DNA of 54,198 nt from Calcarisporiella thermophila CBS 279.70 (taxonomy: Eukaryota > Fungi > Calcarisporiellomycota), in the NCBI RefSeq assembly GCF_041956535.1, contig NW_027192221.1, positions 203,969-258,166 of the forward strand. The letters are read 5' to 3'. A model generated the notes under the pieces. It saw only the letters and a program-made list of their open reading frames with translations. It was not told the DNA's origin and ran no database searches. Below, piece by piece: positions 39,657 to 51,570 of the stretch (positions within the stretch are counted from its first letter, which is position 1; each line of letters opens with the position of its first letter). A program made the translations under genes and the position numbers.

Positions 39657-42429
39657 ATGAATTCTCCCGATCGCCACGCCACTTCCTCTATCATCTGGGC
39701 ATCCAGTCCATATTCCTCTGTAAAACGGCGTTTATTACAATTTTTTCGTTTAAATTCCCCTCGATCCCCTTATGAGCAACCAGATCAAACTCGAGGTATT
39801 TCAGAGTATTTACATTTCGGGCTGGTGGGACATCTTTAGCTTCCCCAACTAAATTTGAATAGATCCTCGATACCGCGCGCATTCAACGAGTAAATGGGTA
39901 GTAGAAGAATTGCCAAGACCTGTTATTGCAACTGACACTTGGCAAGTTAGTGAAACGAATTTCAAGAATACGAACCTTTCAGAGACATCAACACCAAAAG
40001 CCCAAACTGCCTTGACAATAGAGGACCTCGCTACACCAACTATGTCAGCAGAGTCCAGGAATCCCAAAGTGGAAATTCCGTCTGGAATATATGGAAATAG
40101 TCTTTTACGAAACTCCAATCTCTCCGAATCCTTCAAAAAATCCCTTACTACGGTGCGAAATGGTCGAATTGATACTCATAGAAAAAAAAGAAAACCACTA
40201 TATCATACAAGGGTATACAGTTTGGCTTCTATTTTTTTAGTTATTTACCTTTAATAGATCTTTGCTTTAATAGCAAAAAGAGGTTAGCAAACATAATATG
40301 CGGCGCCTGATTCAACAGTTTACACCTAAGTCCACACACGGTGTTTGTAAGTTCTTCTTTTTACGTTATTTTGTATAAAGTCAAACTCTATACTTTAGTC
40401 ATTTTTGTTTTCTATCTCCACTAATATTTATCGCAATTCTTATTAGATTTTTGTGGAGTTGAACACACCGAAAATAGTGGTAAGTATTTTACGTTTTCGA
40501 ATATGAAACGAGGTTTGTTCACGAATGCTATTGACATTGTCATCTTTTATAATTCTTGGTAGACCTGGTTAATTATGCTAAACAGGTTCTACGAGTTTCA
40601 TCCATTCTAGCATCGAAACCGAGAACCTTAGGTAACAATTACTATAATCAACTCACATTTTAACATTTGGTCACAGATTATTCCAATATATTTACAATAT
40701 TTAGATACTTCAGAAAAGCAACAGCCAAAAGAAGTTATAATAATTGAAGATGATCCTGTACCTACTTCCTCGTCTATATCTACACCTACATCCACATCCA
40801 ATTCTACACCTACACCAACATCCATTACCATTTCTAATCCGAAGCGAGATATGACAAGCATCCGGCTCAAGCCTACCTTTAATGATTCACCCGCATCAGC
40901 TAAAATATCAGCCAATAAACGTCATGTATGTTTTTTCTATCAGAACATATCTTCGGGATATCTTCGAATGATTCTGAAATCCCATAGGAGAAATCGCCTG
41001 GAAGAGAGTACAAAGAAAAAGAGAGGCAACTGCCAAAAGAACCGGATTGGATGCGTGAGATTCGTCTTAAACTTGAGCGATCTTTAGAAATGTATGTGCA
41101 TAGGTTAGACGTGTATTTTGTAGTAATTTGATAGTAACTTATTTGTCGGCACATAGCGATACTAAACAAACGGAAACTCCAACATATAGCAAACTTAAAG
41201 GGAAAGAATATTTGATTGATCTCGAGGTAAGTAATCTATTACAATTATCAGTCCTATTTGATATATTTATTTTTTTTCACATTCCACATAATAGATTGAG
41301 AAATCCTTGGAGGGGTCAAAAGTAATAAGCATAATTTTTCATTACTAATATTCATAAATGCTGATATATTGGCCAATATATGTAGGGCAATAACTTTCCG
41401 GAACTTACAGAGAAGGCTAAAGCTAAAGTACAGACATGGGTATAAGTTGGGTGTGCGTTTTGAAACATTAACTTATATCATTTCTACTTAGATTCATGAG
41501 GCTTTATCTCAAATGAGTGGATATGTTGCGCAAAAGTTTAATATGCAATTGACTAGTAAAGACATCAGGACTTTGACTGATGGTCAATGGTTGAATGATG
41601 AGGTATAATAGGAATCTGTAATTTTGTGGAAACCTATTTACAAACTATTTTCCTAATTACAGGTTATCAACTTCTATGGCAATTTAATTATGGATCGTGC
41701 AAAGAAAAATCCTGGTTACCCAAAAGTCCACGTTTTCAATACTTTTTTCTATTCGACTCTACGAGATTCTGGCTACCCTAAGGTGAAAAGATGGACCAAA
41801 CGTCAAAAGGTTAGTTTTTTTTTTCACTATTTAACCAAAAATATATCAGAACATAATGGCTTTTTATTTTATATAGATTGATATATTCGCATTGGATTAC
41901 GTTCTAATACCCATTCACCTGGGAATGCATTGGTGCTGTGCGGTTATTAACTTAAGGCGCAAGAGATTCGAGTATTATGACTCGCTTCACGGAAGCAATC
42001 CACAATGTTTTCAGGTAATTTCGTGGAACAATTTATCAATTTATCGCTCCTATGACCCTAACTAATCAAACTACATTAAATGCTTTTAGTTACTTAGAGA
42101 GTATCTTGACTTAGAACACAAGGATAAAAAGGGCTGTATAATAGATCTCTCAGATTGGGAAGATCTCCAACCAAAGGTGAGGAACCGTATTTCAATTATT
42201 TTTAGTATCTCTAGTCTGTCCTTATTTTTATATTGCCCAATAGAATATACCAGGCCAAAGAAACGGCTACGATTGTGGTGTTTTTACCTGTACTTTTGCC
42301 GAATATGTGAGTCGCGAGGCACCATTCGACTTTGATCAAAGGCACATGAAATACATTCGCCGGAGGATGATATATGAAATTGTTTCATGCTCACTAATGG
42401 AACGGAAGCCTCCCTCTGCGCATTTATAG
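39657..42429 (+). CDS. ULP1: SUMO-specific cysteine protease (Ulp1/SENP1-type, peptidase C48), multi-exon
   Basis: WLNDE/VINFY, FNTFFYS, VKRWTK, catalytic triad motifs IPIHLGMHWCCAVIN, EYYDSL and QRNGYDCGVF; long disordered N-terminus. Confidence 0.92.
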
Positions 42430-42563
42430 TTGATTGACAACGAATTTAATTCTATTGTAAATAAAAAAGTCACGGCTTCAATTTGTATCTTGTATTTTTT
42501 TTTCCTTCAATCATCGATCAAATCTGTGTGGAATGAGATAAATATTCAAATCTGAAGCTTCAA

Positions 42564-45500
42564 ATGTCCGATGATCTCGCCCAAACATTCTTATCTATGA
42601 CTTTTCCGGCCCTTTCCCCAAGTCTTACGCTCATATTGACCACTCTTATATGTGCACCCTTGCTCGTTGAGATCTCACGACTTATATTCAACATTTTTCG
42701 GCGCCTTTATTTCATGATACTTCGCTTAATTAGAGTTCTCGGAGAACAGGTCCAATGTTTTTATTGTGGTCGTAATCGTTTTCTTTCAGCACAATTTTCC
42801 TTCAAAGCAAGGAGCTGGTATTGCGATGAGTGCTGTAGTTATAATTATAGAAATCCCATCGTTAGTATCAATATTTCTTATCATATTTTCGGAGATCTTG
42901 AAGATACATTAACGTCTTAACATCTAGACTGGAGAAATATTGGACATTTCGCCTGAACAACAGCAAATTTATGGAGTGCGAAGTAGTGACAGCTGTAAGA
43001 TTGGCATTATATATTATTTAGGATAATTGAAATATTTATTTAAACTTTCAGTTGTGGCGAGAAAAAACCCATCATTAGTACGCTCGGTTTCCCAGGATAT
43101 TTTGTGTGAAAGATGTATTGACAACCAAGACAAAGCTATGCAATTACTACGGAATTTTGACGATAACTACGATATTAGTAAGGTAAAATCCTTTAGTTTT
43201 TAGTTAGCCCTTCTACTAATATTGTTCAACTTGATAGGATCCGGACTTTGAGTTTTATGATGCTTGTATCGAAGCATATCGCCGCGAACTAGATGACATA
43301 TATCCATCTGTTTGTGCCAATTGTGCTCCTCGAGTTTCAGCGCACCTTAACTCTCAAGATTATCGTATAAAGACTAGTCAATTGCAACGCGATCTTATTC
43401 GCAGTAAAACAGAACGCGCTCGAACCCGACACTGGTCAGAAATTATTGCCAAATGGTTTTCTATGAGTCGAAAGTTGACTCTAAGCAGCGTAACTGTGTG
43501 GGTATTTATGGGCTTTTTATGGATGGGGGTGCAAATGACAATGTTGCTGGTATATGCATATGGTAATGATTTAATTATTTTAATATTGACAATGCATTAA
43601 GACAATTTTGTATCCGATTGCTAGGTGCACGTTACCCAAAACTATTTAGCTATCAACGCTTACTTGAATATGGTGCAAATTTTAACGATCCTATACAAAC
43701 TAGCACATCGCTCTTGATATATGATCATTTTACTTTTTTCATGGGCTTTCTGCAATACACTTCCTGTTTTTTCGCCTCATCTTCATTATTCACTAGTGTT
43801 GAGTGTACATATGCTCGCTACAAGATCATCACTTGGTTGGCATGGCTCTCTCTGATAACCCTAAGATTTTGTCCAGTATGGTTACAGTTGGTTCGCAAAC
43901 CAGGTGCAGAAATCGGGAACAAGCGTGCATATAGGGTTTATATTCTCTCCTATAATCTCTATTATTTGAATCTACATGATCATTTCAGTACTAATCTTTC
44001 TGTCTACTTTCAATATAACTCTATAGTTAGTGCAAATACTCTTGTTTACCATCCGCGTGTCCTCTGTATACATTCTTAGCCTCAGCTGGAGCGAAAGTTC
44101 ATTCATCACATTGAACAATTGCTTCTATTGGATAACAATAATGGTACTTACGATATAATACTCGCAATCGCTTATCATACATTATAATCTCTTGGGCTTA
44201 TTTATTAGGGAATTTTTTTCTCGCTTATTATCCTCCGTATTCGTACACCTCCCACCATCCACGTTGCTAAGCCTGCAGATCTTTACCACTATGTCAGCAT
44301 TGGCAATGAAGTTGTCAAAATGAGAGATAAAGATTATCGAGAACATCGCCGCCGCATTGAAAACTTTGATGCTTCAACCGAATCAGTGTCATCGTGGCAT
44401 AATAAGCCTTCTTTAGTTACTACAACTAGTCCCTTCAGCCAATTTAATGGCGAGGGTTGGGAATCGCATTTATCTTCTCTGAGTCTTTGCGATTCTCTCA
44501 GCAGTACTAGTAGACCAGCAGAAAGGCGAAGGCAACGCGGCACCATATTCACCAATGGATTTCAGAGCTCCTCCTCGAAGCTCAATGATGCTGCCGATAC
44601 TTCTCTCGCTAATTATGAGGATAGTGTCGACGAGGACGTATCAAGAGGTTCTTCTCTAAGACTTCGATCTAATCCCTCCGGCTTTCGAAACGGTGTTTGG
44701 AGTCAAAATCAAAAGGTAGAATTTACCAATGGCTCTCCTAGTCCCTTTGTAACGGTAGCAGCATTTCCCGTCGTTAAGCGGAGTGAGAATGAAAGTAGAA
44801 GGATGCTCTTTAAAGAGACGGGGAATAAATGGCAAACAAGTAACCAGAAGCAAACAAGTGATTCTGGAGGAGATTGGATATCACAGCAAAAATTTTTTCC
44901 ACCCGAAGAAACAACTGGAATTGAAGACATGTTCAATAAAATGTGCAGAATTGAAGAGAATCAGCTCGTCGAAGCACTGTTGCAGATGAAGCGAACATGG
45001 ACACAGCAAGGGCGTACTACACGAACGTTCATCATCATTACTGCTCTCGCTAGAGGACTTTCGATTTATAGTGTAAGTAACACCTCATCACTGGATCATC
45101 TTTTTATTGTTTACCTGATACATTAAGCTATTGTCGATATACATTAACCTTTCCTACTAGCCTTCTATTTTTCAGTTAATATACCTTTTAGCGATCACCA
45201 TTATATTCTTTTACATCGTATTCAAGATTCTAAAGCTTCGGCAATATTTAGCTCCCAGTCACTCGACAATTATCAACAGTAAATCCACGTCATCTCTTGT
45301 ATCACAAGTTGATCCACGCCCAATTACTAAATACGCATTATATCTGGTAAAATTATCTAACATTAAATATTAGTATACGACCATAATAATAATAATTCAT
45401 TCAACTGCATAGTGGTACTTGGCGTTTATCCTACTCGTACGCCTATCTATATCGATATATCGAATTGTATCCATTGTATCATCTCACAACGAGCTACCGA

Positions 45501-45661
45501 ACAGTGTATTTTCATTAACTCCAGCTTTGCCTGATCTGCTATCCCTCCCCTTATTTTTCAACGTTTCTAACAACATTATCCAATCAAAAGTTACAGTTGA
45601 AATTGTTCTGGGAGTATTAGTGGATTTGATCTTACTAGTCTTTGGAATGAAACACCCTTGA
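42564..45661 (+). CDS. IMA1: Inner nuclear membrane protein Ima1 (TMEM201/SAMP1-like)
   Basis: Four CxxC pairs (VQCFYCG, WYCDECC, LCERC..NQ, YPSVCANC), TM helices, a Ser-rich loop with QKFFPPEETTGIEDMF, and further C-terminal TM segments. Confidence 0.8.
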
Positions 45662-45881
45662 GAGTACATTTTTATTTTTCCCTTGAAATTTATATTGTAG
45701 ATATCATGTTTTCTCATACTTATATTAATGAACTTTTGTTGCAAACAAAAGTGTTTTAAAATATTCTAATTTCAATGTATTAGAGATTTGAGATAGCCAA
45801 GCATCGTTGAGACATGCAAAATAAAAGAATAATTTAACAAGGATGAAAAATGCTGTATATTTCGATTAAAAAAAAATAAAA

Positions 45882-45963
45882 CGTCAGGAGCAGGGTTCGA
45901 ACCTGCGCGGGCAGAGCCCACTAGATTTCAAGTCTAGCGCCTTAACCACTCGGCCATCCTGAC
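45882..45963 (-). tRNA. tRNA-Ser (anticodon UGA), intronless, 82 nt
   Basis: Reverse complement folds as acceptor GTCAGGA/TCCTGAC, D-arm with TGGCCGAGTGG, anticodon arm CTAGA-CTTGAAA-TCTAG, long variable arm GGGCTCTGCCC, T-arm GGTTCGAAC and G discriminator. An oligo-T terminator follows. Confidence 0.96.
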
Positions 45964-46031
45964 GATAGAGCCACATTCTTGATTTCATTTGAAAAATATA
46001 TAAACATAAAATTTTTTCGTGGAAATTGAGC

Positions 46032-46405
46032 NNNNNNNNNNNNNNNNNNNNNNNNNNNNNNNNNNNNNNNNNNNNNNNNNNNNNNNNNNNNNNNNNNNNN
46101 NNNNNNNNNNNNNNNNNNNNNNNNNNNNNNNNNNNNNNNNNNNNNNNNNNNNNNNNNNNNNNNNNNNNNNNNNNNNNNNNNNNNNNNNNNNNNNNNNNNN
46201 NNNNNNNNNNNNNNNNNNNNNNNNNNNNNNNNNNNNNNNNNNNNNNNNNNNNNNNNNNNNNNNNNNNNNNNNNNNNNNNNNNNNNNNNNNNNNNNNNNNN
46301 NNNNNNNNNNNNNNNNNNNNNNNNNNNNNNNNNNNNNNNNNNNNNNNNNNNNNNNNNNNNNNNNNNNNNNNNNNNNNNNNNNNNNNNNNNNNNNNNNNNN
46401 NNNNN
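46032..46405. other. Scaffold gap (374 N), probably spurious
   Basis: The identical 21-mer ATTTTTTCGTGGAAATTGAGC lies on both sides (46011-46031 and 46406-46426). Confidence 0.85.
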
Positions 46406-46454
46406 ATTTTTTCGTGGAAATTGAGCCGATAGGCAAAACCCTCTGTAGCTAAAA

Positions 46455-46536
46455 GTCAGGATGGCCGAGTGGTTAAGGCGCTAGACTTGAAATCTAGTGG
46501 GCTCTGCCCGCGCAGGTTCGAACCCTGCTTCTGACG
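46455..46536 (+). tRNA. tRNA-Ser (anticodon UGA), intronless, 82 nt
   Basis: Same cloverleaf as the minus-strand copy, with one C-to-T change in the 3' acceptor strand giving a G:U pair. TTTTT terminator at 46543-46547. Confidence 0.96.
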
Positions 46537-47391
46537 AAAAAATTTTTGATAAAACTAAGTTATTGAGTACCCTACTTATTAATATTTTCGAATCCGGAAT
46601 CCGGTATAGCTTGACATGATATATCTCTTGTTGTCACAAAACTCAATACAAATAGTTGAAATAGAAACCAAAATTTTGAAGCATTACACAGAGGCATTGC
46701 TTAATTTACAATTTTAAATTACGCCACAAGGTGCCGCCTTAAATAAGTTAATCAAAATAAGAATACATATAAAACTTATATTTTGCAGTAAGGTAGTATT
46801 ATCTTATAAACGTTATTGGATATTTAATTCGTGGACTTCTCTCCTTAAACCTTGAAATAAATTTCTCTTTCTGATCAATCTCTGATATTTTTAAGTACGT
46901 GTGTGTGCATCAATATGCCTAGGCGCTAAAACGATTCAAAAAGCAATCAACAATTGTTTGTTTATTGTCATTAGAGTTCTTTCAATTAAAGATTTGCTTG
47001 CAAGATTTTCATACCATCACAAGGATACAATAGAAACTTAATTTCCACCCATTCCGCACTATAATTGTAATTGTATCACATTTGAATTATAGTGCATGAA
47101 ACGTTTGTGGTAAAATTTCACCAACCTAGAGAATAACTTGAATCCAACTCTTTTCTGATATTCTTTATACATTTACTTTGTGTTACTATATTTTAATTTA
47201 CCTAGTTACCATTTAACTTTACAAAATTACTTGGCATTCATCTTTTAATTTATGCATGAGAATGATTTTGTGATCACTAGCAATATTATTTATTTAAAAC
47301 AAAGTAATAAAACAAATTCGAGGTATGAAAGCATTCAATATCATTCTACTGTTATAATTACACAACATAGCAGGTCTAGCAGGCTGAAGGC

Positions 47392-49622
47392 TTAATCCGC
47401 CAGAATTATAGTTTTGTAGTCAGTAAAGAAGTTAATTGCGTGCTCACCACCCTCGCGACCACGGCTATTTTGATAGTCGAATATGTCAACATCATAATCT
47501 ACATGGTCACTTGAAAATATACTTACCCAGAGGCTTTAACTCCACCAAAAGGCATGCTCATATCACGAATCATCCAAGTATTAATCCATACATTACCCAC
47601 CTGCAATTTTTCTGCAACTCGACGGGCACGTTGTCCATCACGGCTCCACACAGATGCAGAGAGGCCATATTTACACCCATTGGCAAGTGCGATTGCTTCT
47701 TCTTCGGTTTTGAATGGATACACGGTGACAACCTATATTGAATTCATGAAATTTTTAAAATTAATAGTGCTATACTAATTTTGTTTATATTCATGAATAA
47801 CTCACCGGTCCAAAGATCTCTTCTTGCATCACTCGACTCTCTGGCTTCAATCTATTCAAATCAAAATAAGAAACAAAAGTTAGTTGATACAAAGAAAAAC
47901 GGTAATATCTAATAGGCAAGTACCCGGTGATAACAGTTGGTTCAATAAAGTAGCCATTTTCAAACTCACTGCCTTTCAGATGAGAAGGAGCTTGGCCACC
48001 GCACTCGATTTTACCACCATCATTGCGAGCAATGTCAATATAGCTCATGATTTTCTCAAAATGCTGCTTACTAACGACGGGTCCCATGAAAGAGTCCTTG
48101 TCCCTAGGATCGCCAACTTTAAGAGCCCGCGCTTCGTTTACAAAACGGCTCAAGAACTTATCATAGATGCTCTCTTGTACAAAAACACGCGAACCGCATA
48201 GACAGATTTCCCCCTGGTTGAGGAAAGCAGCATGAATAGATTTGGGAACACATGCATCCAAATCAGCATCTTCGAAAATAATATTGGCATTTTTGCCACC
48301 TGTAGACAATGATGTTAGTGGTTTTATAGGAAAGATAATTACCAAGAGTGTGATTTAAATTAATTACCCAGCTCTAGAGTTAATTTCTTAAGATGTCGGC
48401 CAGCAAGTTCACTAATCTTTTCGCCAGCAACTGACCCTCCTGTAAAGGAGACCAAGGGTACTTTGGGATGTTCAACAAGAGCAGCACCTGCTTGAGGACC
48501 TGAGAGAACACGCATTATATTCAATATTTATATTGACATATTTAAAAAATTAGCGAAAAAACTTACCTGTGCCAAACACCATGTTGCAAACGCCATCGGG
48601 GAGTCCGGCATCTTTCATGACACTGCAAAGCACTAGAAGTCGCGGAAATAAAAGAGATAATTATATACTTGCTGTCGCAATAATGATGAAATAAATCCAA
48701 GATTACATACTATTGGCTGTAACGCTTGTGAACTCACTGGGTTTACATACACAAGTACAGCCAGCTATTGCAAAATCCTTGGTTAGTAAGGGAAAAATAT
48801 TCACACAACTTCGAATTGAGAGCGAATCAAATGAATTAATGAGGAAATTTATATGCATCAGAAACTGTGCAACTTACATGCAAGACAAGGTGCAATTTTC
48901 CACACAAGTAAATAGAGCGGGCTGCATATATTGAATGTTAAATAAAATTAATGGGTAGAATGTGAGCGAGATGGATAATTATAAGGGCACTTACAGGTTC
49001 CATGGGCTAATCAACCCTGCGACGCCAGTCGGAGTGCGCTGAGTGTAGCTTAAGGCAATTCCATCCGTTACATTTACTTTTTCTTGAAGATGGAGAATCA
49101 AAGTTCCGAAGTAACGGAACATTAGAACAGCACGAGGAACATCAGCATGAGCAGCCAGCTGTAAAGGTTTCCCTTGATCTTTTGATTCAGCACTAGCAAA
49201 CTCCTCAATACGACTCTCAAGAAGGTCGGCTATTCTCAATAGTATTTCCGAACGTTTATCGCGGGGAAGCTTTGACCAAGCTGGAAAAGCGCGCTCAGCT
49301 GCTTCAACCGCCGCATTAACATCCTCTTTTGTGGAGTCTGCTACCTTGATATATGGCTAATGTTTGAACAAGTTAGAGGGGTAAGTTATTTAATAGTTAT
49401 TTTTTTTTCACTCCAGGTAAACAAATACAAGAGTATTTTGCGAGAAGTGTTTAAAGCACAACATAGGTAGATTGAATAGCAGCAAGTACATTTATAATAA
49501 TTTATATCAAGTTAATTCTAACTCACCTTCCCAGTAGAAGGATCAAAGCTGTCAAGATATTTTTCGTTCAGGGGTGCAACATACTTTCCGTTAATGAAGT
49601 TGTTTATGAGAGAGACTGTCAT
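47392..49622 (-). CDS. Aldehyde dehydrogenase family 8 (ALDH8A1 / 2-aminomuconate or 2-hydroxymuconate semialdehyde dehydrogenase type), multi-exon
   Basis: GLISPWNLPLYLLVWKIAP, CKPSEFTS, SFTGGS, LELGGKN, catalytic FLNQGEICLCGSR, EEIFGPV, VWINTWMIRDMSMPFGGVKASG/GREGG. The GEICLC and PLYLL.WK motifs are characteristic of family 8. Confidence 0.88.
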
Positions 49623-50718
49623 ATTTAACAAGCAATGAAAGAAGAAATTATATTAACGAGAAAAATTTACGATGGCCTTTCTTTGCCTCTCGCAATTCTA
49701 TTATATATCTGGATTTAGAGTTCCGCATTTTTTTTTCTCCTATTTGTTTTAGTTGCTGCAAAGTCAAACATGTAACACAACTTGCATTTACATCAGCCAA
49801 GACAAAGTATCTCCTCATGCGAGAATATTTTGGCACAAGGGGCCCCATAATTTGTGAACATCTTCCATTTCAATACTTTGCAATATGCGTGATAGAAAGT
49901 TTCGAAATTTTCAATGCAACTAGTTTGATTGTTTTATATCATATTAAATTAATGTTATAAACTTTAACAAGTTTATTTGTTGTTGATTGAATATATTACT
50001 TCTTCGAGTTGGCATTTGTAACTCTGTTCTTCATTCCCATACACTGAACTAAATCTTTAAACTCAACTGAGTTTTACCAATAATTTCAGGCTAATCTTTG
50101 ATTCCGTGAGGCTAGCTCGGTAGAGTGCACACGGACCAATTCTCGTAAACCAGTATTTCGTTTTGCATAGCTCTCAGATATAATTTGAATGTGTACAGGG
50201 ACTCTACTAAAATGTGGATACATATCTAAAAGACTACAATTTGTTTGAGTCAAGTAAATCATGTTTTACTATTTCTGCTTTAGTTTCATTAGAGGCGTGA
50301 GAAATTGTACGGCTTGAAGAGAGACTAGAAAATTGGTGAGTTTAGGGTAGAAATTCACGAAAATAAGTTAGAATGCGTAACATTGAAAGCCAAATAACAC
50401 AATAATAACTACTACAAATATTATTAGTAACAATTTAACTTTACTTGGAATAAATCTATTTAAATTTATAATATTTTTCACATCTGTTACACTAACCTAA
50501 CTTTCTAAACAATAGTGTAGAAACAAGCTTCTTATTGTATTCGTTGGTGTAACCCACTAGATTATCCACAATCTCAGCCACCAAACATTCGTTTCTCGGT
50601 CATATCTTGCACATTTGTTGTTTCTGATTCTCTTTTCTTTCACACCCGTCCTATCTTTTCCCGTTTCAACATCTTTACTTCTTTAGTCTCCTCTGACCGG
50701 TTCAAATTCCTGTCAAAA

Positions 50719-51570
50719 ATGCCCGAGTTTGACCGTTTCTATCTTGGTATTCTCGCCTCGGTTGTTACATCATGTTTCATCAATATTCGCGTTATGCTTG
50801 CACGTCCAAAACTGTTCTCTACCAGAGCAGGAGTTGCTCATTTTCTCTCAAACATATTCGCATTAGCAGCAGGATTAAACTTAACCCTTAATGAATCATT
50901 ACAAAACGATGCTTGCACCTTAGAGCTCGGGTTTGGTTGTGCATTTGTTCACGCCTCAAAGTTGTTGAACCATCTCATTCTATTTTGGCGTTGCAACGCA
51001 GTCACCAACCACCATCCTTTTGTACGCTATGGTTTTTATATACTGGTGGCTTTCAAGATGGCCGCTGTCTCTTCACATTGTGCGTTAATGCAACCTTTCT
51101 ATGATGCTATTTCCAAACTCTGCCTTGACAAATTGGAGCCGATTTCTACTACTCTTACATTTGCACTTGATATGAGCGTAGATCTTTCTTTAACTACCTT
51201 ATTTATGGTAAAGATATATGACCAAGTTCGTGAGAATGGACGATATACCTATGGTCCGGCTGTTAGAATGAGGCGTCTTTTCCGTGAATACATATATGAA
51301 ACCGTTCCAATGCTAGTGATCTCCATGTGCTTGAACGGCATTATCATATCAAACGTACTGAAGGATTATACTCTAATTCTTATCTACACAGATCTCATTT
51401 TACAACTGCGACTTACTAATGATCTGATCGTTCTCAACCGCTTGGCAGATGACTCTAGCTCCAGTATTAATGGTTCCAGTTTTCATAAAGAACAGTCATC
51501 CCTTCCAAAAAGCAATTTTCACAGCAACCTCTCTGTTGAAGATTTTATTCGCGCTTCAACATCTTTATGA
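50719..51570 (+). CDS. Intronless polytopic membrane protein with about 7 TM segments, GPCR-like topology
   Basis: 283-aa ORF with about seven hydrophobic segments, Cys residues at NDAC and SKLC, a basic loop RMRRLFRE and a Ser-rich tail. Confidence 0.7.
   Translation: MPEFDRFYLGILASVVTSCFINIRVMLARPKLFSTRAGVAHFLSNIFALAAGLNLTLNESLQNDACTLELGFGCAFVHASKLLNHLILFWRCNAVTNHHPFVRYGFYILVAFKMAAVSSHCALMQPFYDAISKLCLDKLEPISTTLTFALDMSVDLSLTTLFMVKIYDQVRENGRYTYGPAVRMRRLFREYIYETVPMLVISMCLNGIIISNVLKDYTLILIYTDLILQLRLTNDLIVLNRLADDSSSSINGSSFHKEQSSLPKSNFHSNLSVEDFIRASTSL

Noticed and set aside
39657-45661. ULP1 next to IMA1 as a nuclear-envelope gene cluster
   Set aside because: Adjacency of two housekeeping genes in a dense genome is not evidence without conserved synteny.
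45942-46436. ORFs made mostly of X residues
   Set aside because: Artefacts of translating through the N gap.
46455-46536. 5' end GTCAGGATGGCCGAG resembles tRNA-Leu, suggesting codon reassignment
   Set aside because: The UGA anticodon, GGGCTCTGCCC variable arm and G discriminator are all Ser features, and conserved proteins translate normally in the standard code.
37484-49622. UGA1 plus an ALDH as a GABA-shunt cluster
   Set aside because: The ALDH has family-8 motifs rather than SSADH motifs, and unrelated genes lie between them.
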